DNA of 64,000 bases from Candidatus Heimdallarchaeota archaeon (GCA_019058275.1 JAHLVW010000103.1:66186-130185); one strand, 5' to 3'; shown: positions 11,195 to 22,915, counted from the stretch's first letter. Numbers and translations are program-made. The notes: a model not told the origin generated them from the letters alone.

Positions 11195-11893
11195 GTGAAA
11201 AAAATGGTTGTATTGAAAATATTGGGATTATCTGATCTTCATTCAAGTGGAGATTTAGATGTAAGTTCATTATCTAAAATTGTAGAGAAAGAGCAAATCG
11301 ATCTGATTATTGTTTCTGGTGATCTTACAACATTCGGAACTAAAAGCATTGTAAAAAATGTCTTAGTAAAATTAAATCAAATCAATAAACCAGTTTTTTA
11401 TATTCCCGGAAACATGGATTCTAGAAATTCTAGTGATTTTACTTTCGAAAATATCACTCCTTTACATGGTCGAGTTATTAATTATTTAGGATTTAATTTT
11501 CTTGGATTGGGTGCTTCTAATCCTACCTCATTTATGACTCCATATGAATTATCTGAAGAAGAACTTAAAGAGATATTAGACCAAGCACTAAATGAGCTGA
11601 GTAGTGCTGATCCACTAATTTTTATTAGTCACACACCTCCTTTGAATTCCGAAGCTGATATCATTAGGAATGGGAAACATGTGGGAAGTTCAGTGGTAAG
11701 AGCATTTGTGGAGAAGGAAAAACCTGTTGTAATTTTATGTGGTCATATACATGAATCAAAATCAATAGCAAAAATAGCTGACACTTTATGTATAAATCCT
11801 GGAGCAGCAAGACATAGAGATGCAACAATAATTGAAATTGAAAAAGATAGCAAAGGAAATGCTCAAGCAAATGGGCGATTAATAACCTTTTAA
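11195..11893 (+). CDS. Metallophosphoesterase (Icc-like)
   Basis: SDLH, GD, GNMD, HTPP, CGHIHE, NPG. Confidence 0.92.
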   Translation: MKKMVVLKILGLSDLHSSGDLDVSSLSKIVEKEQIDLIIVSGDLTTFGTKSIVKNVLVKLNQINKPVFYIPGNMDSRNSSDFTFENITPLHGRVINYLGFNFLGLGASNPTSFMTPYELSEEELKEILDQALNELSSADPLIFISHTPPLNSEADIIRNGKHVGSSVVRAFVEKEKPVVILCGHIHESKSIAKIADTLCINPGAARHRDATIIEIEKDSKGNAQANGRLITF

Positions 11894-11938
11894 TCAAAAA
11901 AGAGAAAGGGAAAGGGTTTTCTAAAGTGAATTAACAAA

Positions 11939-12509
11939 TTAGAAAATTAAATGAGAAATTGTGAGTAATGAAGCCATTGCCATGCATATGAATGCATTGC
12001 TTAACAACCACCACTCTGTTCCTTTAACGTCTAATGTTCTTCTTGTCTTTCCCTTTCTATCCTTGTAAATAAATGGTACATGCATTAGAAAAGTTCCTTT
12101 CTTCTGCCCAATTCTTAATTTGCCATCTTTTAGCTTTCTAAGATCAATATTTGCGAAGTAGTCTAAGAATAAATGTGAAGCATAACCAATTAAGTATGGA
12201 ATAAAGACGCTAATTAAAGGATCAAATACAATATTATATTGAGCAATTCTCCAATAGATCGTTACTCCAAATACAATTCCTGGGTAGAAAGCTGAATGAG
12301 AGACAATGTCACGATGACTCATAAAACTAAAGTTGATCGAAATCAGGACCTTTCGAACCTATAATAGCCAACAAAAATCCAATGATGTAGAAGAACCACG
12401 TGTCTTTTGGTTGTAAACCAAAATTTCCGTTAATAAGAATAATATCTATTGGAATAAATGCTGCAGCTAAAAGAGCTCCAAATGTAACATGCGCTGTTCT
12501 GTTTGCTAT
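11939..12509 (-). pseudogene. Membrane-bound metal-dependent hydrolase (YdjM-like), frameshifted
   Basis: Upstream frame reads NRTAHVTFG...GPDFD; ORF 11939-12322 has HR..SHS and SHL.LD. Confidence 0.65.
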
Positions 12510-12931
12510 TCAAAACACATCCAAATGTTTAACCTAAAGAACCAATGGTTATAATCATCTAATACAAAAAAGAATTTCGTCTTTACTTTACGACAAAAAT
12601 CTGCGGATAGCTTTACTAAATCTAATGAATTGTGGGACTATATTCACTGAATTTTTTTTCTATTACGCTTTAATAGGTTGTTACTCATATATAGTACCAT
12701 GTCACAAGCGTAATATTGGTCGGATAGCACAATTGGGTTTTTTGAACCATTTTATGATTCACCTAAAAGTGAGAGGTTTTTCGAGCTTTCCTCTCACTCT
12801 CTTTTTCAATTTTCTTCATTTCTAAGTATTTTCGAAGTAAAATCTTCATCTATTAAATTAATATGACTTTATCAAAAGTTCGTGAATTTACTCTTAGTTA
12901 AAAAAATTATTTTAAAATTGAAGGTGATACA

Positions 12932-13459
12932 ACGACTAAAAAAAGTAAAACTAACTCAACAAAACTACCAGTAGTTTTGGCGATAATTGGTCTATTTTTA
13001 GGTGGAGTTGGAGCGGGTTTAGGGGAATATGTGTTTATAACAAATATGCTTTCAAGTGATTACAAAACAACAGCAATTTACTATGTAGAAAAAGCTCACG
13101 CTGTATATCTGGAAGGTGGATTGATAGAAGAATTCATTCCAGATTTATTTATTCCATTTGACATTACAAAAGATGATGCTGTTTACATACAATTTGATGG
13201 TAACATTGTTTTAGGTTCAGCTGACACAAATTCGGTCATAATTAGCTTAAAAATCGATGGAATAGCAATAGATAGATATGTCATGCCAAGAGCAGAAAGG
13301 GGTATAATTGTTTCAGTTTTTCCAGTTAGTCTGCAATATTATAATGATTCCTCGACTGTTGAGGAACATGCAGTCTCTGTTTATGCAACATCAAATGGAG
13401 GATCAAATGAAAACTACATTTTCATGAGTACATTGCTCGTGCAAATAATCAAGAATTAG
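12932..13459 (+). CDS. Hypothetical protein with N-terminal membrane anchor
   Basis: ORF 12977-13459 is open back to an ACG at 12932 following a GGTGAT SD-like motif. Confidence 0.5.
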   Translation, partial: TTKKSKTNSTKLPVVLAIIGLFLGGVGAGLGEYVFITNMLSSDYKTTAIYYVEKAHAVYLEGGLIEEFIPDLFIPFDITKDDAVYIQFDGNIVLGSADTNSVIISLKIDGIAIDRYVMPRAERGIIVSVFPVSLQYYNDSSTVEEHAVSVYATSNGGSNENYIFMSTLLVQIIKN

Positions 13460-13500
13460 ATAGAACAATTACAAAAAAACAGAAAGAAGAGATCTATTCC

Positions 13501-14391
13501 TTAGATCTCTTTTTCATAATAATCAATTTTACCAACTCTTGAAAAACCAAAGGATTGATACTTTTCCTCTAAAGGTAAGGTTTCTCCAGATAGAAAGAGA
13601 CTGGCTTTTTCAGCACCTAACTTCTTCATCTTACTTATGGCAAATGCTGCTAGTGAACTCATGTGCTCTTCATCTTCGTAATAGAAGTTACCAAAATTGA
13701 ATTCTTTAGGATCATTTTGACTTCGATAGGCTAAAACACGACCGACAATCTTGTCATCTTTGCGAATAACTGCATGAATTGGGAATGTCTCCTTTTCTTT
13801 GGTAATTCGCTCAAAGTTACTCTTGGCATATTCTTCTGTTGAACCAAGTTTTTCGACAAAGATTTGAATCATTTGTTCAAGATCTCGGGATTCATCAAAT
13901 TCCAAAACTTCAACATCTGCCTTGCTTTCAACAGAAAAATCTTTCACTTTTCCTTCCATTAAAATGTAAAGATCTCGAGAATAATTGTAACCCCAATCAT
14001 TTGCCTTTTCCAAAGTTCCTTTATACACTTCTCCAACTCGAGTTTGCACTTTCTTAACGTCTTTTTTCTTCAGATTTTCAATAGCTTTTTCGAATAGCAT
14101 TTCAGCACAATCTTCATGTCCTTTAAGTGTTAACGGAAATTCAAGATTCGCACGTTTAATGCCATCTTCACTTTCTGGTACTATCTTTGATGTAAGAAAA
14201 CCAACTAATTTATCACCTTCAAAAGCATAGAGCTTAGTTTCGGGATCAAAATCATCTTGCGAATAAATTTGTTTCAATTGTGCAGCTGGTGTTTGACCAA
14301 AATCTTGCCAATCTTTTGTGGCTTCAGTGCCTACTTTTTCCTGTGCTTCCAAGAATTCCTCTTGGTAGCTCTTAATCTCATACTTAGGCAT
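13501..14391 (-). CDS. Tandem GNAT-fold protein
   Basis: AFEGDKLVGF and Y..FGF motifs, two-domain size; start placed at MPKY. Confidence 0.65.
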   Translation of the reverse strand: MPKYEIKSYQEEFLEAQEKVGTEATKDWQDFGQTPAAQLKQIYSQDDFDPETKLYAFEGDKLVGFLTSKIVPESEDGIKRANLEFPLTLKGHEDCAEMLFEKAIENLKKKDVKKVQTRVGEVYKGTLEKANDWGYNYSRDLYILMEGKVKDFSVESKADVEVLEFDESRDLEQMIQIFVEKLGSTEEYAKSNFERITKEKETFPIHAVIRKDDKIVGRVLAYRSQNDPKEFNFGNFYYEDEEHMSSLAAFAISKMKKLGAEKASLFLSGETLPLEEKYQSFGFSRVGKIDYYEKEI

Positions 14392-14516
14392 GAATAGACT
14401 ATTTATAACGAATAATATTAAGGTTAGCTCTAATGTTAAAAAATGAATAATGCTCCTCTGAACCCAAGCAAAACTAGATAAATAAGAAATAATTAAACGA
14501 AATCGAGGATCGCTAT

Positions 14517-15497
14517 TTGACAGCTGAAGAAGACAAAAAAAATACCAAAGGTTTTGAAACAATACAATTCAAATATAATGGACCAAAATGGGATGCTCAC
14601 GTTCATCTCTATCAAATAGCTGATACAGCTGATCTAGTGAAATATGCTAAAGAATACAATATCCAAAAATTCACTGCAATTGTAAGACAAGATTGGGAAC
14701 TATATGAAGAAAAGTTTCCGGATTATTTTGTCTATGCTAGGTTTATAATGTCTCAGAATTTCTTTACAGGAGATCTTCAATCTGTTCTTGATGACATTCA
14801 GAAAATTCATGATGAGGGGTATCCTATCGCAAAATTCTGGTACGCACCTCGGTGGAGAAAGTATATTGAAGATCAATATAAGGTTAAAATTAAAGGTTTC
14901 AGAATTGATGATCCAAAATTAAATCCTGTTTTTAGCAAAATAGAAGATCTTGGCTTAATGATGATTTTTCATATAGCTGATCCAGATATTTTTTACGAAA
15001 CAAAATACCAACCAGCAAGCTTCTATGGAACAAAGAAACAACACTTACAAGAACTAGAGAATATACTCTCTCGTCATCCTAACTTAAAAATCCAAGTGGC
15101 TCATATGGCAGGGCAACCTGAGAATTTACCTAATCTCGGAAAATGGTTGGATAAACATCCTAATTTATATATTGATACATCCTCAGCAAAATGGATGGCT
15201 AGAGAGTTTTCCTATAAACCTGATGATGTTACAGAATTTTTCAAACAATATCAAGATCGAATCCTTTTTGGTACAGATATTGTGACTGGTCGATCAGATA
15301 GAGAACCGATACCAGGCTACTACTATTTACGTTATCTTTCATTACTTGCATTATTAGAAACTGATGCCAGAAATCTACCATTACCTCTAGAAGATCCTGA
15401 AAACAATAATCAAACAGTTATTAATGGTTTGAATTTACCATTGAAGGTTTTAAGGAAAATCTACTGGGATAACAGCAAGAAACTCTTCCAGAAATAA
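14517..15497 (+). CDS. Amidohydrolase family 2 protein
   Basis: DAHVH, H.AD, AHM, YIDTS, RILFGTD. Confidence 0.88.
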   Translation: MTAEEDKKNTKGFETIQFKYNGPKWDAHVHLYQIADTADLVKYAKEYNIQKFTAIVRQDWELYEEKFPDYFVYARFIMSQNFFTGDLQSVLDDIQKIHDEGYPIAKFWYAPRWRKYIEDQYKVKIKGFRIDDPKLNPVFSKIEDLGLMMIFHIADPDIFYETKYQPASFYGTKKQHLQELENILSRHPNLKIQVAHMAGQPENLPNLGKWLDKHPNLYIDTSSAKWMAREFSYKPDDVTEFFKQYQDRILFGTDIVTGRSDREPIPGYYYLRYLSLLALLETDARNLPLPLEDPENNNQTVINGLNLPLKVLRKIYWDNSKKLFQK

Positions 15498-15675
15498 TTA
15501 TTCTTTTAATTGTAGAAATTCCAAAGGTTAATACTATAAATATAAGATATTTATTGATGGTTTGCTAATGAAATAGCAAATGATATATCAGAGTCATTTC
15601 CCCCTTATCCAAAACCATATACAATAAAAGGAGAATTCTATAGACTGAGAGAGAAGAGAAAGAAAGAGCTAGAGA

Positions 15676-16725
15676 TTAATCAATAATAGGTATTTTTTCT
15701 GAACATGAAGGACAACAATGATTTTTTGTTAATATATTGCTTACAAAACGACTTTGATTGCGTGTGATTACCTTCTCTTTACAACTAGGACAATAAGTAT
15801 TGAGAGCTGGATGTCCTAGAATATTGCCAATATACACAAATCTCAAGCCTTCTTCCATTGCAATAGAACGAGCTTTTTCTAAAATAGCTAAAGATGTTCG
15901 AGGTTTATGGTAATTGTATGCAGGATAGTAAGCATTGAAATGAATGGGAACATCTTCATGGCAATCCTCAACAATTTTCTTCGTAATAAACCTAAAGAAA
16001 TCAATTGAATCGCTTATTTCAGTAATAACAAGAACAACAATTTCAATGTGGATTTTTCTCTCGAGAGCAATTGAGATATTCTCAAAAATATGATTGATAT
16101 TTGCATCACAATATTTTTTCATATTTTCTTTCCCACCTTTTATACCTACAACCATGGCAGATAATTTAGCTGTAGTAAGCTCCTCTAGAACATCCAATGA
16201 CATATACCCATTAGTTACGAAATTGCTGTAGAGGTTTGAATTGTTCTTCTTTAGAATGTTCAAAACATCAATAGCATAGTCAACTAGAAGTGTAGGTTCA
16301 TTAAAAGAAAAAGAAATGCCAGATGATCTTGGTTTTTTTAATATTGATTGGTATAGCTCTTCAGGTGAAAGTATTTCTTTAATGCCTTTTTTCGTAGGAA
16401 ATGTCTTGGTGATTGTGTAATTTTGACACCATGGACAAGTAAAATTACATGACCAAGAACCAACTGTAGTTGCGAATGTTCCAGGATAGAAATGATAGAA
16501 TGGTTTTTTCTCTATTGGATTAACTGACATTGATGAAATATTCCCATAATTCAAGGATCGAATATTATATTTCGAATTGATTCTTGTTTTACACTTACCA
16601 AATGAATTATCAGAGAGAATACAACCATGACGACAAGTAGTACATTTGATTTTCTGATCTGATATCCTTTTCTGGAATCTAGTAATAGTTAAATCATTAA
16701 GAGATTGTGAATTCATCTGGATCAT
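15676..16725 (-). CDS. amrS: AmmeMemoRadiSam system radical SAM enzyme
   Basis: C..C.H.C N-terminus, PIEKKP.YHF.PG, CNFTCPWCQN, NEPT, T.CP.C. Confidence 0.9.
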   Translation of the reverse strand: MIQMNSQSLNDLTITRFQKRISDQKIKCTTCRHGCILSDNSFGKCKTRINSKYNIRSLNYGNISSMSVNPIEKKPFYHFYPGTFATTVGSWSCNFTCPWCQNYTITKTFPTKKGIKEILSPEELYQSILKKPRSSGISFSFNEPTLLVDYAIDVLNILKKNNSNLYSNFVTNGYMSLDVLEELTTAKLSAMVVGIKGGKENMKKYCDANINHIFENISIALERKIHIEIVVLVITEISDSIDFFRFITKKIVEDCHEDVPIHFNAYYPAYNYHKPRTSLAILEKARSIAMEEGLRFVYIGNILGHPALNTYCPSCKEKVITRNQSRFVSNILTKNHCCPSCSEKIPIID

Positions 16726-16835
16726 TACTACAGAAGTTATATCTTATAGTAATGTATGAACAAAACATCAATTTTAAGTTTACATAGAAATTTCCAGTTT
16801 CAAATATAAGAAAAAGAGAAAAGGAAAATCTTCAC

Positions 16836-17033
16836 TTACCTGTTAGCACGATAAGCATATCTCATACGATTGTGATAACCGTAACCATAACCATTGCTAC
16901 ATCGAATGAAACCTTTCTTTAAAATAGTTTCACCGCAAATTTCACAAGAATAGAAATTTTGGTAGTATTTGTGTTCCTTAAGTTTAAGAGTAACTAATTG
17001 ACAACAATTAGGACAGAAACGAAGTGTTTTCAA
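16836..17033 (-). CDS. Small zinc-ribbon protein
   Basis: CPNC...CEIC. Confidence 0.5.
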   Translation of the reverse strand: MKTLRFCPNCCQLVTLKLKEHKYYQNFYSCEICGETILKKGFIRCSNGYGYGYHNRMRYAYRANR

Positions 17034-17309
17034 TTCTTCCTTTGCTTCTCTTCACCAATCTATTAACATATCTTTATCAAAATACTCATCTTTTAGCATG
17101 GTCTCCACTCTGCTGCAATCTAAGTTTGTTTTTTACAAACAAACCTCAATAGCAACTACTCTAAATGATATTTAAGAAAGAAAAGAAAGGAACTCGTTTC
17201 TTGAATGACCGTTTTCTGTGAGTTAATTTTGATTGGAATCCCAGATAAGAATACCAAATTAAAATAAAAAAAGAAGGAAATAGATATTTCCTCAGTAATA
17301 GTTAGAATT

Positions 17310-17561
17310 CTATTTCTTGCCTTCTAAACCGTAGATACAGAAGTACCCACCTTCAAGGTCATCTCGTTTGAAAATAGGACACCCAAAACAAGTACAACCT
17401 TTGTCAACTATTTTTTCAGCAATTTCTGATTTTCCACGAGCACAAAAGAGAGCGTGTGGTGGTGACTCTTTCAATTTATTTTCCTTAAAAGTAGGACATA
17501 TTCCGCAAAAATCTTTGCAGATCATCATGTTTTCTTTATTATCTTCAACGGATTTTGCCAT
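17310..17561 (-). CDS. DUF2769-like Cys-rich protein
   Basis: C..CPT, LFCARGKS, GC.C..CP, YFC..G. Confidence 0.75.
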   Translation of the reverse strand: MAKSVEDNKENMMICKDFCGICPTFKENKLKESPPHALFCARGKSEIAEKIVDKGCTCFGCPIFKRDDLEGGYFCIYGLEGKK

Positions 17562-17699
17562 AATTCACTACCCACCTAGTTATAGGGATTTTTCAATTCT
17601 ATTAAGTATGTTTCTTAATAAATTAAAGAAATTTTATCCAGAGCTAGCGATAATACTCTTTTTTTACCTTAGATTCAAAAGTTGAAAGAAAATATAAAG

Positions 17700-18728
17700 T
17701 CATTTTCTTTTTCTTACAATATAACTGATGATTATACATAAGGCTAGACTAGAAAAAAGTAAAGGAATACTAATTGCTAAATTGCTACTATTACCAAAAA
17801 TAAAGCTGAAAAGATTTAGATGCTCAGCGATATTTCCAAGAATGTCCTCTACAATTATGATAATACTATAATTTCCATCAGGGATTTGATGAATTGATCC
17901 TCTAAATGTATTATCTTCTAGGTTCTCAGTTAATTCAAATTTAAATGCTGATTCATATTGTGATAATTTTGAATTGTATTTATCTAGCTCGATTTTTACT
18001 GCTGCTACACCAAAATAATCAGATGCATTAACAATTATGTATAGAGAATTATTGGAACCCGATTGGACTACTTCAATGTTATAACTATGCAAAATGGGTG
18101 GGTCTGTTTCAAATAATCCTAAAGCTTTTACAATTCCTTGCTGGGCAATAGTATAAACAAAAACAACATCACATGTGACAAAAGGATCATCAATAACAAT
18201 TTCATCTGGAATGAAATTAGCACCAGCTTGCATAATTTCAGTCCTTACACCAATATTACCACTGATATTCCTACCGGATATTATATCAGCAAAAGCAAAT
18301 ACAACAGGTCCAGCACAAATTGCTGCCATGATTAGACCACTGTTATAAGCTTCAACTACCAATTCTAATGCATCAGGATTATCTATTACATTCCCAACAC
18401 CTACACCTCCAGGTGTATATAGGAATTCATACCTAGAGACATTATTAATATTATTAATTAAAATATCAACTTCTATCATAGGACCTCCACCTGAAATAAC
18501 AGTATAATTGGGTCCTACAACAGTTATTTTACATCCAAGATCTTCTAATATTTCCTTAGGAATTTGAAACTCTCGATAATCTGAATAATCAGCAACTAAG
18601 AATATCCCTTGAACATTATCAAGAGGTTTAGATACAGTAGCTGATTTGGTATGATAAGTAAAAGAAATGATTAATTGGAGAAATAAGAATAACACGATAA
18701 GAGTTACTTTTAATTCCTTTTTTACCAA
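17700..18728 (-). CDS. DJ-1/PfpI family protein, secreted and membrane-anchored
   Basis: Signal peptide; PGG, AAICAGP; C-terminal TM followed by RKRK. Confidence 0.85.
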   Translation of the reverse strand: MVKKELKVTLIVLFLFLQLIISFTYHTKSATVSKPLDNVQGIFLVADYSDYREFQIPKEILEDLGCKITVVGPNYTVISGGGPMIEVDILINNINNVSRYEFLYTPGGVGVGNVIDNPDALELVVEAYNSGLIMAAICAGPVVFAFADIISGRNISGNIGVRTEIMQAGANFIPDEIVIDDPFVTCDVVFVYTIAQQGIVKALGLFETDPPILHSYNIEVVQSGSNNSLYIIVNASDYFGVAAVKIELDKYNSKLSQYESAFKFELTENLEDNTFRGSIHQIPDGNYSIIIIVEDILGNIAEHLNLFSFIFGNSSNLAISIPLLFSSLALCIIISYIVRKRK

Positions 18729-18836
18729 TCAAATCCCCTTGTAATGTTTCTATATACTGGGGAATTAAAAAGAAATTCATAAGTCCAGAATTTTTCCTAA
18801 ACTAAAAGAAGGAAAAGGAATAAGGGATTTTAATCC

Positions 18837-20141
18837 CTAGTTCATTTCTTTACAAACTTTAGCAAAGATAGCTAACCCTTTGTCGACGTGTTCTTCATCT
18901 AAACAGAGAGGAGGTCTAAATCGAATTGATTTTTCGCCAGAAGATAAAATCAGTATTTTATTGTTAAAAAGCTCTTTTCTCATTTTATCTCTGAATTCTG
19001 TTGATGGTAAATCAAAAGCGCACATCAAACCTCTACCTCGAGCATTAGTCATTATTTCCTTTGAATCTTCACAAGTATCAGTTAGTGCTTTCTTAAGATA
19101 TTCGCCACCCTTATGAGCATTATCGACTAGCTTGTCCTCTTTGATGATTTCCAAGTATTTAGTAGAACGAACCATATCAACAAGATTGCCACCCCAAGTA
19201 GAGTTTATTCTGCTTGATTCATGAAAGACATTGTCTTTGACTTCATCAACACGTTTGTTAACCATAATACCACAAACTTGTGCTTTCTTACCAAAAGCAA
19301 CAATGTCTGGTTTAACAAAATGTTCATAGGCCCACATTTTACCTGTGAGACCAATACCGGTTTGTACTTCATCAAAAATTAGCATGATGTCATTTTGGTC
19401 GCATATTTTTCTTAATGCTCTGAAGAATTCAGGTCGGAAATGATTATCCCCACCCTCACCTTGAATTGGTTCAATTATTAGTGAAGCAATATCTTGTGGA
19501 TTTTTAGCTATTGCGTTATCAATCTTATGTAGTGAATTCTCTTCTAGTTCCTTTACCTCCTCCAAGTGTTTTTCCAGAGGAAAAGTTATCATTGGGGCAG
19601 GAATTCTTGGCCATTTAAATTTTGGGAAGTAAGCTATTTTTCGAGGGTCAAAAGTATTAGTTAAAGACAGTGTATAACCTGTTCGCCCATGAAATGCTTT
19701 TTGGAAATGAATTACCTGTTGACCTAACATATCCTTGTGGTTTAATTCATAGTTCTTTCTTACTTTCCAATCAAAAGCAGTTTTCAAAGCGTTTTCTACA
19801 GCAAGCGCTCCTCCTGAAATTAGAAACAAATATTGAAAGTCACCCTTCATACTTATTTTGCTAAAAGTGTCAACAAATTCAGCCATGCTCTCAGTATAAC
19901 TATCAGAGCTTGTTGGTTTATTAACAGCAGCTTTTGCTAGTATATCCATAAATTCTTTGGTACGAACTTTAGGATGATTGCAACCTAGAGGTGCAGAAGC
20001 AAAGAAGGTATAAAAGTCAAGATATTTGTCACCTATTAATTTGTCATGAACGTAAAAAGGAGTGCTCTTTTCCAGATCAAATATTATCTCATAGCCATCA
20101 ATTAGCATATGTTTCCGTAGAATATCTAATGCAGGTTCCAT
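18837..20141 (-). CDS. lat: L-lysine 6-transaminase (class III PLP aminotransferase)
   Basis: GGALAVENALK.AFDWK, FHGRTGY.LSLTN, EPIQGEGGD, DEVQTG, FGKK.QVCG, SRINSTWGG. Confidence 0.93.
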   Translation of the reverse strand: MEPALDILRKHMLIDGYEIIFDLEKSTPFYVHDKLIGDKYLDFYTFFASAPLGCNHPKVRTKEFMDILAKAAVNKPTSSDSYTESMAEFVDTFSKISMKGDFQYLFLISGGALAVENALKTAFDWKVRKNYELNHKDMLGQQVIHFQKAFHGRTGYTLSLTNTFDPRKIAYFPKFKWPRIPAPMITFPLEKHLEEVKELEENSLHKIDNAIAKNPQDIASLIIEPIQGEGGDNHFRPEFFRALRKICDQNDIMLIFDEVQTGIGLTGKMWAYEHFVKPDIVAFGKKAQVCGIMVNKRVDEVKDNVFHESSRINSTWGGNLVDMVRSTKYLEIIKEDKLVDNAHKGGEYLKKALTDTCEDSKEIMTNARGRGLMCAFDLPSTEFRDKMRKELFNNKILILSSGEKSIRFRPPLCLDEEHVDKGLAIFAKVCKEMN

Positions 20142-20220
20142 GGTTATCGACCTTAGCAATTGGATTTTACCAGTTGTTTATAATTTATATTATAGCTATT
20201 CGATAGCTATTTATTACTTG

Positions 20221-20892
20221 TTGATTCATAAACATCGAGGGAAGTTATTCATATCAGTTGCTGAAGAGGAAACCAGATGGTTTCAATCATGGACTTGGAA
20301 AACTGCTGGTTGGGCATTTATATGCTTTCTGATTTTATCTTGTATAACTAGTCTGTTTTCGTTTTTGATTGATGTACTTTTATTTGAGAATAAATTCGGT
20401 TATGGATATGCTTACTTTGCTATGATATTCTATACAATAACCCTCTAATTCTTCTATACAAAATTCAAAGCTAACTGGTTTGGATTGTTTGGTTTTGGAT
20501 TATCGGTGATCATTGGTATACCTATAGAATTGTGGCTCGAATATTATCGAAATCCTGTCCTAAAAGGAGCTTGGGCTGCGGTTGCTTGGGGAGGAATATA
20601 TATTCTCTATGGACTGGTAGCAGATCTCTCTATTCTACTAGTAAAAATAATCAAAAAAGAACTAGTAGCAGTTCTTCTATCAGCGCTTGTCTTTTCAGCG
20701 TTGTTTCTTATGATTAATATTATACCACTAAAACTATTTTACATTGAAAGCACACCAGTTGAAGGAGCAAAGGACTATCTACTAGACGGATACTTCCTAA
20801 TACCGTTAGCTATTATTGAAGGAGTAATTGGTGCATACGTTGGTTATTATCTAGCAAAGGATATTAAATCAAAAAAGAAAATTGAATACTAA
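20221..20892 (+). pseudogene. Multi-pass membrane protein with in-frame stop
   Basis: ORFs 20140-20448 and 20485-20892 share a frame, split by TAA; start uncertain. Confidence 0.55.
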
Positions 20893-20991
20893 TTATTAAA
20901 AAATAGCGAAATCCTTCATTTTTTCCTTACTTTCCAAATAGAATAAACTATTTACTTAAACAATAACTATAAATTAGAGAATAAAAAATAA

Positions 20992-21363
20992 GTGCTTAAG
21001 ATGAGTGAAATAACGGAAATACCAGAATTGAAGAAGGCAATATTCGATAAATGGGCAGATGAGTTACTTTCACAATATAATATCTCTGAAGATGAAACTT
21101 TAGAAAACATAACTCAATATGTTGCTGAATACTTTAACAAGTTGTTTAAGAATTATCAGATATCATTTACAGATTTACATCCAGATGGTATTTTTCCATT
21201 TGCAATAAATCGACTTGACAAGAAACCAACCTATGCTGATGAAGAGTTTTATGATGAATTATTCAAAGTAGAGAATCATTTGCGTTGGACCTACACAAGT
21301 GTCCTAACAAAGCTTTATCGAGAGAGAGAATGTCCTTTTGATACTGTTGAATGCCCATACTAG
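20992..21363 (+). CDS. Hypothetical protein
   Basis: 123 aa ORF. Confidence 0.55.
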   Translation: MLKMSEITEIPELKKAIFDKWADELLSQYNISEDETLENITQYVAEYFNKLFKNYQISFTDLHPDGIFPFAINRLDKKPTYADEEFYDELFKVENHLRWTYTSVLTKLYRERECPFDTVECPY

Positions 21364-21401
21364 TTTCGCTTAAAGTTTTGCCAATGAATTTCAATGATTT
21401 A

Positions 21402-21848
21402 CTACCATAATCCAATGCTCAGAAATCTCTTCAATATCAACAATACAATCCACAACACAATGGCTATAATTCCCAGAGCTAAACCAGCTATTGCCATGTT
21501 TCTCTTTGGTTCTTTACCTATTCCTATTCCACCACAAACAATTGAAACAATAGCGCAAATAAGTGCAAGCCAGTTACTAAATGGTAATAATGCTGCTAAA
21601 ATTACTGCTCCAATCCCACACCCAATCGCAACATATGCAAATACACTGGTATCACTAGGTTTTACAGGAGTCACAACTACTTGTGGTGTATCTGTATAAG
21701 AAAAATCAGTTGGTTGCTGAACAGCTGCTACTGGCGTAGGTTCTGGTGTCTCTTCCATACTAGCTCCACAATTATTGCAAAAAATATCTCCCTCTTTGAT
21801 TGACGATCCACAAAAAGGGCAATACTGTTCTGAGGACATAATGCACAC
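21402..21848 (-). CDS. Zinc-ribbon membrane protein (DUF4190-like)
   Basis: CPFCG...FCNNCG, three TM segments, MAIAGL.LG. Confidence 0.8.
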   Translation of the reverse strand: MCIMSSEQYCPFCGSSIKEGDIFCNNCGASMEETPEPTPVAAVQQPTDFSYTDTPQVVVTPVKPSDTSVFAYVAIGCGIGAVILAALLPFSNWLALICAIVSIVCGGIGIGKEPKRNMAIAGLALGIIAIVLWIVLLILKRFLSIGLW

Positions 21849-21908
21849 CTTTTGATATATTAAATTACTGTTTTGTAGTAATTTTTTAAAATTTAGTATA
21901 CTAGTTTG

Positions 21909-22010
21909 TACTATTTAGAATATTTGTTATTAAAGGTTCTTTTTTGAAAATTTACCGTTTTTTTCCTCAAAATTTATTTATGTTCAAGTTGAAAAGGGTT
22001 TGATATTCAT
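21909..22010 (+). repeat. Direct repeat, copy 1 (partner 22977-23067)
   Basis: TACTATTTAGAA...CAAAATTTATTTAT..TCAAGTTGAAAAGGGT.TGATATTCAT shared. Confidence 0.8.
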
Positions 22011-22915
22011 AAATCAAATATTTTTGCTGCATTTCCTCCAAGAATTTTGTTTTTTTCCTCTTCATTAAATTCAGGTAACCTCCTTAATTTAAGTGGTGAC
22101 GGTAATTCCATTTCTTTTATCCCTTTTACCCATCGCTCTAGCGATAATATTGGAGAAAATAAAGGCCAATCTGTACCAAATAAAATTTTATCTATTCCAC
22201 ATGTCATCTTTGCCTTAACCAGCGTTTGGAAAAAATCAAATGGTGCAAATTTAAAAATTGATTCCCATGCTGAAATATCAATATACACATTAGGATTTTT
22301 TCCTGCTACTGTTATAGCCTCGTTTGTCCAGGGTTCACCCATATGTGCCATTATAATTTTGATTTTGGGAAAATCTACAGCAACAGTATCTACGTATGCA
22401 GGTCTACAATGTTTAAGATATGTCTTTTGTGGACCAGAACCAGTATGGCATAAAATTACAGCTCCAAGCTCTTCTACGCGCTCGTAAAAGGGATAAAATT
22501 TGGGATCATCAGGATAAAATCCCATTAAAGGCCAAAGCTTGACTCCTGCGAATCCGAGTTCTCCTATACTCCTCTCAAGCTCTTGAATGGCTTCTTTTCC
22601 TCTTCTTGGATCAATACCAGCAAGACCAATTAATCTATCGGGAAAATCCTTTACATACCCCGCAACCTTATCATTATATTCCTTGTAACTCATATGTCCT
22701 CGGAAAAGATACTCATAATCTAAAGCAAGTATTACTGCTTTGTCTATTCCCGCTTCATCCATTTCTTTTATTAATCTATCCGGAGTCGCATTCAAAATTA
22801 GACTCAAATCAAAATTAAATTTCTCTGCTGTTGCAATAAGGATACCTCGAAGCTCATCAGATATGGTTTCCTCATCCCAAACATGACAATGCGTATCAAT
22901 TATCATTTTCCTCAT
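22007..22915 (-). CDS. Amidohydrolase family 2 protein
   Basis: IIDTHCH, GVKL, HTG, AHMG, DIS, ILFGTDWP, ILGGNA. Confidence 0.92.
   Translation of the reverse strand: MRKMIIDTHCHVWDEETISDELRGILIATAEKFNFDLSLILNATPDRLIKEMDEAGIDKAVILALDYEYLFRGHMSYKEYNDKVAGYVKDFPDRLIGLAGIDPRRGKEAIQELERSIGELGFAGVKLWPLMGFYPDDPKFYPFYERVEELGAVILCHTGSGPQKTYLKHCRPAYVDTVAVDFPKIKIIMAHMGEPWTNEAITVAGKNPNVYIDISAWESIFKFAPFDFFQTLVKAKMTCGIDKILFGTDWPLFSPILSLERWVKGIKEMELPSPLKLRRLPEFNEEEKNKILGGNAAKIFDL

Noticed and set aside
14392-14562. N-terminal extension of ORF 13501-14562
   Set aside because: Overlaps the divergent gene and intergenic region; MPKY start is more plausible
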